64,000 nt of DNA, taken from contig CAZEQZ010000002.1 in the NCBI GenBank assembly GCA_964514595.1, forward strand, positions 118,506-182,505. The letters run 5' to 3'. The translations under genes and the position numbers were made by a program. Origin of the DNA: an uncultured Candidatus Saccharibacteria bacterium (GTDB lineage: Bacteria; Patescibacteriota; Dojkabacteria; SC72). The notes under the pieces are model-generated. The model saw nothing but the letters and a program-made list of their open reading frames with translations. It was not told where the DNA came from and ran no database searches. Positions 59,177-64,000 of the stretch are shown here, one piece after another; within the stretch, counting starts at the first letter, position 1; every line of letters begins with the position of its first letter.

Positions 59177-60586
59177 TTAATTTATTATTCCCGAGAATCC
59201 ATTAAATAAAGCTATTGTTAAGATTAGCCACCATGCTCCTACAACAAAGATGTCATTTATAACATCTTTAATATTCCCCTTTTTCCAGTATACTACTACC
59301 TCTATCAGTAATAGTATAAAGATAAAAGAAACTATACCTATACTTATTTTATCCCCTGTATTTAACCTTATTGTTGGAAATATTATCCTCTGTTTCGATT
59401 CGTCCTCTAAGAAATATTCCGATATATCCAATTCGGAGGTGTTACCATACTCATCAGACAAAACAATAATTACAGAACCTTTTACTTGCTCTTCCGTAAG
59501 TTCTATTAAGATACCTTCCTCCGATTCAACATACTCTATGTTAATAATCTCACTACCTAAGACTAAACTAAGCGTATCCCACTCCCCTTCAATACTAAAC
59601 ATCACAGAATATTTACCATTTATACGGTTAACTGCAATTGATTCCATATTTACAGAAGGTGCTTTTGAATCTACAATAAAATTCACTCTCCCTGACTGGA
59701 TATTATCTCCTTTCAGATTTGCCATAACAGTATGTTCACCCTCACTCCAATCACCATTCTTGCTAAATTCCCAACTTGTATTACTTGAGCTACTCTCTCC
59801 TAACAAATCCTGGCCATCATAAACCTCTACTATATAATTTCCGCTCACATTGGAAGTATCGCCTTGCACCTTTTGAGCTGGATCTGTCACTACAGAGCCC
59901 TCCTGTGGAGATGTTATCCTAATACTTTTTATCTCCCCAGATTCCTGCCTAGTTATAACCTTCTTCTCCTCGACTGGAGGAGCCTCTTGTTGAGGAAGGA
60001 CTGTTTCTTCCGCCGGCTGTTGAGGAGTGGCACCATAGACTTCCGTTGTTAAGTTTCCAAACATTTGTACGACCAATATTGTCTGCTTTCCTAACAATAC
60101 ACCCTCTACAACTGCAACCCCTATGTCTTTGTAATTCCCACTTATAATATTTGCCTTATGTGTTGGGCTAGCCATCCATGCTTCATGTACTCCCTCTGCC
60201 GTTCTAAAGCCTTTTGCTAGATTTTCTCCAGCATATACATAATTGTATCCTGCTGCTCGAATAAATTGCCACGGAGATTCTCCATTAGGACCAAAATGAT
60301 CCCAATACTGCTTCTCAAACATATCATTAGCTTTTGCCAAAGCAGCTGCAGATAGTTGAGAGTTAGTTTGCAGGGCATTCAATCCCCAAGCAACTCTTTC
60401 CTGATTTGTGAGATTAATTATATTCCCGGGTGTTATTGTACTTGCCTGAGCTTGACTAATACCTAGAAACCCACCAAAACTATTTACAAAAATCAATATA
60501 AAGGAGTAGAAAACAATGGCAGTCTTTCTAATTAAATAGGCCTTGTAATTATTTTTTTTGTTAGGAATAAAAAAGTTCTCTATCAT
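59177..60586 (-). CDS. CAP (SCP) domain surface protein with Ig-like domain and C-terminal TMs
   Basis: LTNQER...L..AA..KA.DM, AGENLA and WMASPTH.AN motifs; ITSP..G / F.VD..AP Ig-like pattern. Confidence 0.88.
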   Translation of the reverse strand: MIENFFIPNKKNNYKAYLIRKTAIVFYSFILIFVNSFGGFLGISQAQASTITPGNIINLTNQERVAWGLNALQTNSQLSAAALAKANDMFEKQYWDHFGPNGESPWQFIRAAGYNYVYAGENLAKGFRTAEGVHEAWMASPTHKANIISGNYKDIGVAVVEGVLLGKQTILVVQMFGNLTTEVYGATPQQPAEETVLPQQEAPPVEEKKVITRQESGEIKSIRITSPQEGSVVTDPAQKVQGDTSNVSGNYIVEVYDGQDLLGESSSSNTSWEFSKNGDWSEGEHTVMANLKGDNIQSGRVNFIVDSKAPSVNMESIAVNRINGKYSVMFSIEGEWDTLSLVLGSEIINIEYVESEEGILIELTEEQVKGSVIIVLSDEYGNTSELDISEYFLEDESKQRIIFPTIRLNTGDKISIGIVSFIFILLLIEVVVYWKKGNIKDVINDIFVVGAWWLILTIALFNGFSGIIN

Positions 60587-60627
60587 TCTGCATATAGTTT
60601 AGGACATTTGGCCAAAGTTGTGAAGCA

Positions 60628-60653
60628 TAAAAGAAAAGGACCCCTAAGGGTCC
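60628..60653 (-). terminator. Rho-independent terminator downstream of the HU gene
   Basis: GGACCC-4 nt-GGGTCC hairpin followed by TTTTCTTTT on the minus strand. Confidence 0.7.
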
Positions 60654-60697
60654 ATTTTCATTTGCATTTCTTTTTTACAAAGAAATACCGGCCGTTA

Positions 60698-60967
60698 TTA
60701 TCTTACAACAGCTTTCAAGGCTTTACCTGGTTTGAAAGCAGGGACCTTTGTTGCTGGAAGTTGAATCTTCTCAAGAGTCTTAGGATTAATTCCTGTTCTT
60801 GCTGCTCTTGTTCTAACTTCAAATTTACCAAAACCTGTTAAAAGCACAGGATCACCACTTTTCAATGAATCTGAGATTGCTTCTAGCATTGCTTCCAAAG
60901 CATCTCCAGCCTGTCTCTTAGTAAGACCTGTAGCTGCAATTCTGTCTATTAAATCTTTCTTCAACAT
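60698..60967 (-). CDS. hup: HU family DNA-binding protein
   Basis: GFGKF...R.AR.G.NP.T...I..PA...P.FKPGK.LK pattern; AGGAGG Shine-Dalgarno upstream. Confidence 0.96.
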   Translation of the reverse strand: MLKKDLIDRIAATGLTKRQAGDALEAMLEAISDSLKSGDPVLLTGFGKFEVRTRAARTGINPKTLEKIQLPATKVPAFKPGKALKAVVR

Positions 60968-61041
60968 TTCATGATGCCTCCTTTCTTAGAGATACTATAC
61001 ACAAACGCTGTAAATAAAAGGATTTGTGTATATCCACCTCT

Positions 61042-61070
61042 AAAATATGCGAAATAAAGAATTTCGTCAA
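61042..61070 (-). promoter_or_regulatory. Promoter of hup, followed by a 5'-UTR hairpin (60996-61032)
   Basis: TTGACG-17 bp-TATTTT; TATACACAAA/TTTGTGTATA inverted repeat in the leader. Confidence 0.45.
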
Positions 61071-61279
61071 GCTCTCTATATATTATGGGATATAAGCCAT
61101 ACTGCTCAAAAAGTCTGGTTTAACAACATTTTTTAATGAATTATATTTGTATACATATTTTGACTTTTTTTTCGTAATACTATCCATAAAAAGACCGGGA
61201 AAATCCTTATATAACAACACTATTCTCCTCTAACACTCAGATTTTACCTTAACAACAATAATTTTCATCATTTTTACAC

Positions 61280-61321
61280 AAAAAATACAGGGGAAATGTT
61301 GTTAATACAAGCATTTCCCCT
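61280..61321 (-). terminator. Terminator-like hairpin downstream of rny
   Basis: AGGGGAAATG...CATTTCCCCT 10-bp stem followed by GTATTTTTT on the minus strand. Confidence 0.65.
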
Positions 61322-61357
61322 ATAGCGTTGATTACTAGAAGATAGAACAAAATAGTT

Positions 61358-62881
61358 CTATTTTGCTACTTCTGTAGCCCTAATTTCCCTTATTACTGTA
61401 ACCTCGACATTACCTGGATAGCTCTGTTTTTTCTCTATTTCCTCAGCTATATCCCTTGCCATAACTTTGGCCTCATCATCTGTCACCAATGTCGGCTTTA
61501 CAATAATCCTAACTTCTCTTCCTGCCTTTATTGCAAATACCTCACTTATCTTGTCTCCACCTATCTCTTTGGCCGCATTCTCTATTCCCTCTATCCTTTG
61601 AATATACTGCTCATAACTATCCTTTCTAGCTCCTGGCCTTGCTCCCGATATAGCATCTGCAAGGTATATAACAACAGCCTCAGATCCCTGGGGATCAATA
61701 TCTAGATGATGTGCCTCTATTGCATTTACTAGCTTCTCATCTAAACCGTATTTCCTAGCCACTTGACCTGAAATGTGATGATGAGGGCTATCTACCTTAT
61801 GAGTGAGTACTTTCCCTACATCATGTAACAAAGCAGCTCTTTTAGCTAATTGGACGTCGGCCCCTATCTCAATTGCAAGAACTTCGGCCAATCTAATTAC
61901 CTCAATAGTATGTGACATCAAAGATTGTCCATAGCTACTTCTATACTTCATTTTTCCTACCAATTTCATTAAACCGATATCTATATCAGGCCAACCTGCT
62001 TCATCAGCAAGTATCTGTCCATTCTTCTTAATCTCCTGAGAAATTTCATTCTTAGCTCTCCTAACAGCATCCTCTATAGATCCTGGGTGGATCCTCCCAT
62101 CTGCAATAAGCTTTGTCATCGCAACATAGGCTATTTCCCTCCTTAGTGGATCAAAAGATGAAAGTGCTATTGCATCTGGAGACTCATCAACTATAACATC
62201 CACACCCGTTAACTGCTCAAACGATCTAATATTTCTTCCCTCTCTTCCAATAACCCTTCCCTTCACTTTATCATCCTCAACCTTTATAACCTTAGTTGTT
62301 GTCTCTCCAACATAATCTGTTGCAACTCTCTGCATTGACTCAACCAATATCTTCTGCGCATGCTCTTCTGCAACCGCCTCGATATTCTTCTCTGCTTGCC
62401 TAATTTTTTTAGCCTCGTACTCTCTCAAATCCTGATCTATCTCCTTCATCAACTTTTCCCTAGCTTCCTCTCTTGAAAGTCCAGATATTTTTTCTAATTC
62501 TTTTTTCAAACCTGCCCTGCTTCCCTCTAGCTTTTTCAAACCCTCTTTAAGATAAAGCTCTTTTGATTCCAATTCTTCGCTTTTATCATCTAAGATTTTA
62601 GATCTCTTGTTTAATTTCTTCTCCCTTTCTATGAGTATCTCTTCATGCTCGGTACTCTCTTTCCTCATCTCCTTCAATCTTCTATCTTCTCTCTCCCTCA
62701 TTTCAGTTATCTCTCTTTCAGCTTTCTCAAACTTTTCCTTCATTATTTTCATCGCTGCTTCCTCAATTTCTTTTTCCGGGATACTCTTTAAACTAACCCA
62801 ATGGAAAACGGATCTAAGAAGTATCACTACAACAATCGCAGTAGCAACAATAGCAACAAGAACTATAAGTAATGTTTCCAT
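61358..62881 (-). CDS. rny: Ribonuclease Y
   Basis: N-terminal TM and coiled coil; KH domain (KGRVIGREGRNIR), HD domain (LLHDVGK), ADAISGARPGAR. Confidence 0.97.
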   Translation of the reverse strand: METLLIVLVAIVATAIVVVILLRSVFHWVSLKSIPEKEIEEAAMKIMKEKFEKAEREITEMREREDRRLKEMRKESTEHEEILIEREKKLNKRSKILDDKSEELESKELYLKEGLKKLEGSRAGLKKELEKISGLSREEAREKLMKEIDQDLREYEAKKIRQAEKNIEAVAEEHAQKILVESMQRVATDYVGETTTKVIKVEDDKVKGRVIGREGRNIRSFEQLTGVDVIVDESPDAIALSSFDPLRREIAYVAMTKLIADGRIHPGSIEDAVRRAKNEISQEIKKNGQILADEAGWPDIDIGLMKLVGKMKYRSSYGQSLMSHTIEVIRLAEVLAIEIGADVQLAKRAALLHDVGKVLTHKVDSPHHHISGQVARKYGLDEKLVNAIEAHHLDIDPQGSEAVVIYLADAISGARPGARKDSYEQYIQRIEGIENAAKEIGGDKISEVFAIKAGREVRIIVKPTLVTDDEAKVMARDIAEEIEKKQSYPGNVEVTVIREIRATEVAK

Positions 62882-63093
62882 ATTACTTTCTTTAACAATT
62901 TAAATTGTCCTCTATTTAACAGCTTTTGGAATAGTAAGTAGCTGAGAAGCTACCAGCGTAAAACAAATTTTCGCTTTACTGCATTTAAATTTCATAAATA
63001 AATATATTTTCACAAAATCTTCAATTACCAAAAGAGTCTTTCTTAAGGACTTTTACAATGATATCATTTTTGCCTATCTGTTTCCATAGCATT

Positions 63094-63118
63094 AGGGTCT
63101 GACCCCGGTCTGTCCCCA
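63094..63118. repeat. Left REP-like repeat (25 bp)
   Basis: AGGGTCTGACCCCGGTCTGTCCCCA with internal GGGTC-T-GACCC palindrome; exact reverse complement of 63599-63623. Confidence 0.92.
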
Positions 63119-63156
63119 GTTAACTGAAAGTTCATAATTGGTTGGTATAGTAGAAT

Positions 63157-63588
63157 ATGGCTAGAGCTCCAAGGAATTACAAACCGAATAGTTATTACCA
63201 TGTATATAACAGGGGTAATAACAAAGAGGAAATTCTCAAATATCCTGAGGATAAACAGTTATTCGTCAACCAACTTTATAAAAATAAGGATGTTTGTGAT
63301 ATCCGGTTGGTCAGTTATTGCATTATGGACAACCATTTCCATCTTTTAGTTAAGACAGGAAAAAGTCCAACGGATTTATCAAAATTTATGCAGAAAGTGA
63401 CTACAAGCTATGCCGTTAATATAAATAAAAAACATGGACGAATCGGTCATATTTTTCAAGGAAGGTATCGTGCAAATTATCTGCCATACAAAAAAGACCT
63501 TATAGGAGTGACTAATTATATCAAACAGAATCCGGTCCGTGACGGCATCGTCAAAAGACCGTCGGATTATCGTTGGACAAAGTTCTAG
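63157..63588 (+). CDS. REP-associated tyrosine transposase (RAYT, Y1 HUH family)
   Basis: YHVYNRGN, MDNHFHLL (HUH), GHIFQGRY and YI.QNPV..G.V..P.DY.W motifs. Confidence 0.9.
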   Translation: MARAPRNYKPNSYYHVYNRGNNKEEILKYPEDKQLFVNQLYKNKDVCDIRLVSYCIMDNHFHLLVKTGKSPTDLSKFMQKVTTSYAVNINKKHGRIGHIFQGRYRANYLPYKKDLIGVTNYIKQNPVRDGIVKRPSDYRWTKF

Positions 63589-63594
63589 GCCAAA

Positions 63595-64000
63595 TCAGTG
63601 GGGACAGACCGGGGTCAGACCCTTAACTAAATCTTGGTAATACGTGAGGTTATGGATGGTAGCCAAGGTTTGCGCCACAGCTTCCCCATTTTTCATCATA
63701 TGATGAAGGTACGCTCTGCTGTAGTTCTCACAACATTCACACCTGCAATTAGGATCCACTGGCCTTTTATCTAACGCCATCTCGCTATTTTTTATTTTCA
63801 CAATCCCATCAGATGTATACAAAGTTCCATGTCTTGCATTTCTAGTTACTAACACAGTATCAAAAAGATTGTACCCTAATCGAGCTACTGAAATTATATC
63901 CTCAGGCTTCCCAACACCCATCGCATACCGGATAGTATCTTGGGGGACACTCTCTATAACAGCTCTCATCTCTTCCAATACCAGATTACTATCCGCATCT
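63595..64000 (-). CDS. tgt: tRNA-guanine transglycosylase (3' part; runs off the window)
   Basis: RY.MGVG.P.D, FD.V..TRNARHG, CRCECC Zn site, YSRAYLHH and HNL motifs. Confidence 0.93.
   Translation of the reverse strand, partial: DADSNLVLEEMRAVIESVPQDTIRYAMGVGKPEDIISVARLGYNLFDTVLVTRNARHGTLYTSDGIVKIKNSEMALDKRPVDPNCRCECCENYSRAYLHHMMKNGEAVAQTLATIHNLTYYQDLVKGLTPVCPH
63599..63623. repeat. Right REP-like repeat (25 bp), inside the tgt 3' end
   Basis: TGGGGACAGACCGGGGTCAGACCCT, perfect inverted copy of 63094-63118. Confidence 0.92.

Larger units (their letters stand above)
63094..63623 (+). mobile_element. 530-bp RAYT element bounded by perfect 25-bp inverted repeats
   Basis: RAYT ORF plus its extended -10 promoter enclosed by the two repeats; no target-site duplication seen. 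Confidence 0.7.

Noticed and set aside
1112-62903. Numerous 60-190 aa antisense or overlapping ORFs (e.g. 1613-2002, 15642-16202, 31037-31603, 59250-59822)
   Set aside because: They are shadows of well-supported genes on the opposite strand or in another frame, with Ile/Ser/Phe-rich composition and no motifs.
62938-62963. GCTGAGA and TACCAGCGTA resemble pieces of a TPP riboswitch
   Set aside because: The intervening ACCC/GAACCTGA elements are missing, the spacing is far too short and it is antisense to rny.
63157-63588. IS200/IS605 TnpA with TnpB
   Set aside because: There is no tnpB; the QGRY and NPV motifs and flanking GGGTCTGACCCC palindromes fit the RAYT subfamily.
1-64000. CRISPR array, rRNA, prophage or integrase at the two tRNA genes
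   Set aside because: I saw no regularly spaced repeats, rRNA-like sequence, phage genes, integrase or duplicated tRNA 3' ends.
1-64000. Alternative genetic code (TGA read-through as in Gracilibacteria/Absconditabacteria)
   Set aside because: Conserved genes are full length under the standard code, and several end in TGA.

Overview
A gene-dense, AT-rich bacterial segment. Its gene content suggests a small-genome Patescibacteria/CPR organism, possibly Dojkabacteria (WS6). This is inferred from the alpha2-type GlyRS, archaeal-type UMP kinase, DUF5667/DUF3048/CAP proteins and the absence of amino-acid or cofactor biosynthesis genes. Layout: (1) 1-1.5 kb, a divergent DUF3800 + Fic toxin-like pair. 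(2) About 2-32.7 kb, a ~30 kb mosaic surface-glycan locus with about 14 soluble glycosyltransferases, 3 large GT-C-like membrane proteins, 2 Wzx flippases, a Wzm/Wzt ABC exporter, 3 methyltransferases, galE and a gmd + ColD-like 3-dehydratase + reductase block for a 3,6-dideoxyhexose. (3) 33-46 kb, envelope and redox genes (DsbA, ferredoxin, cytochrome-b5 membrane fusion, nitroreductase, NUDIX, HD), trmB and tRNA-Pro(GGG). (4) 46-63 kb, translation and RNA housekeeping genes (miaA, thpR, serS, nrnA, lysS, glyS, two Gre factors, trmD, tRNA-Glu(CTC), pyrH, HU, rny) plus a degenerate SecDF-like pair. (5) At the right end, a RAYT tyrosine transposase bracketed by a perfect 25-bp inverted repeat. 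The repeat rewrites the C-terminus of tgt, and what looks like the displaced original tgt tail lies on the far side of the element. Best leads: the RAYT-in-tgt insertion, a possibly non-colitose GDP-3,6-dideoxyhexose pathway, a Gfh1-like Gre paralog, SecDF without its proton-relay residues, widespread leaderless gene architecture, and candidate structured RNAs around rny and downstream of DUF3800. All calls come from motif recognition by eye; no database searches were run.
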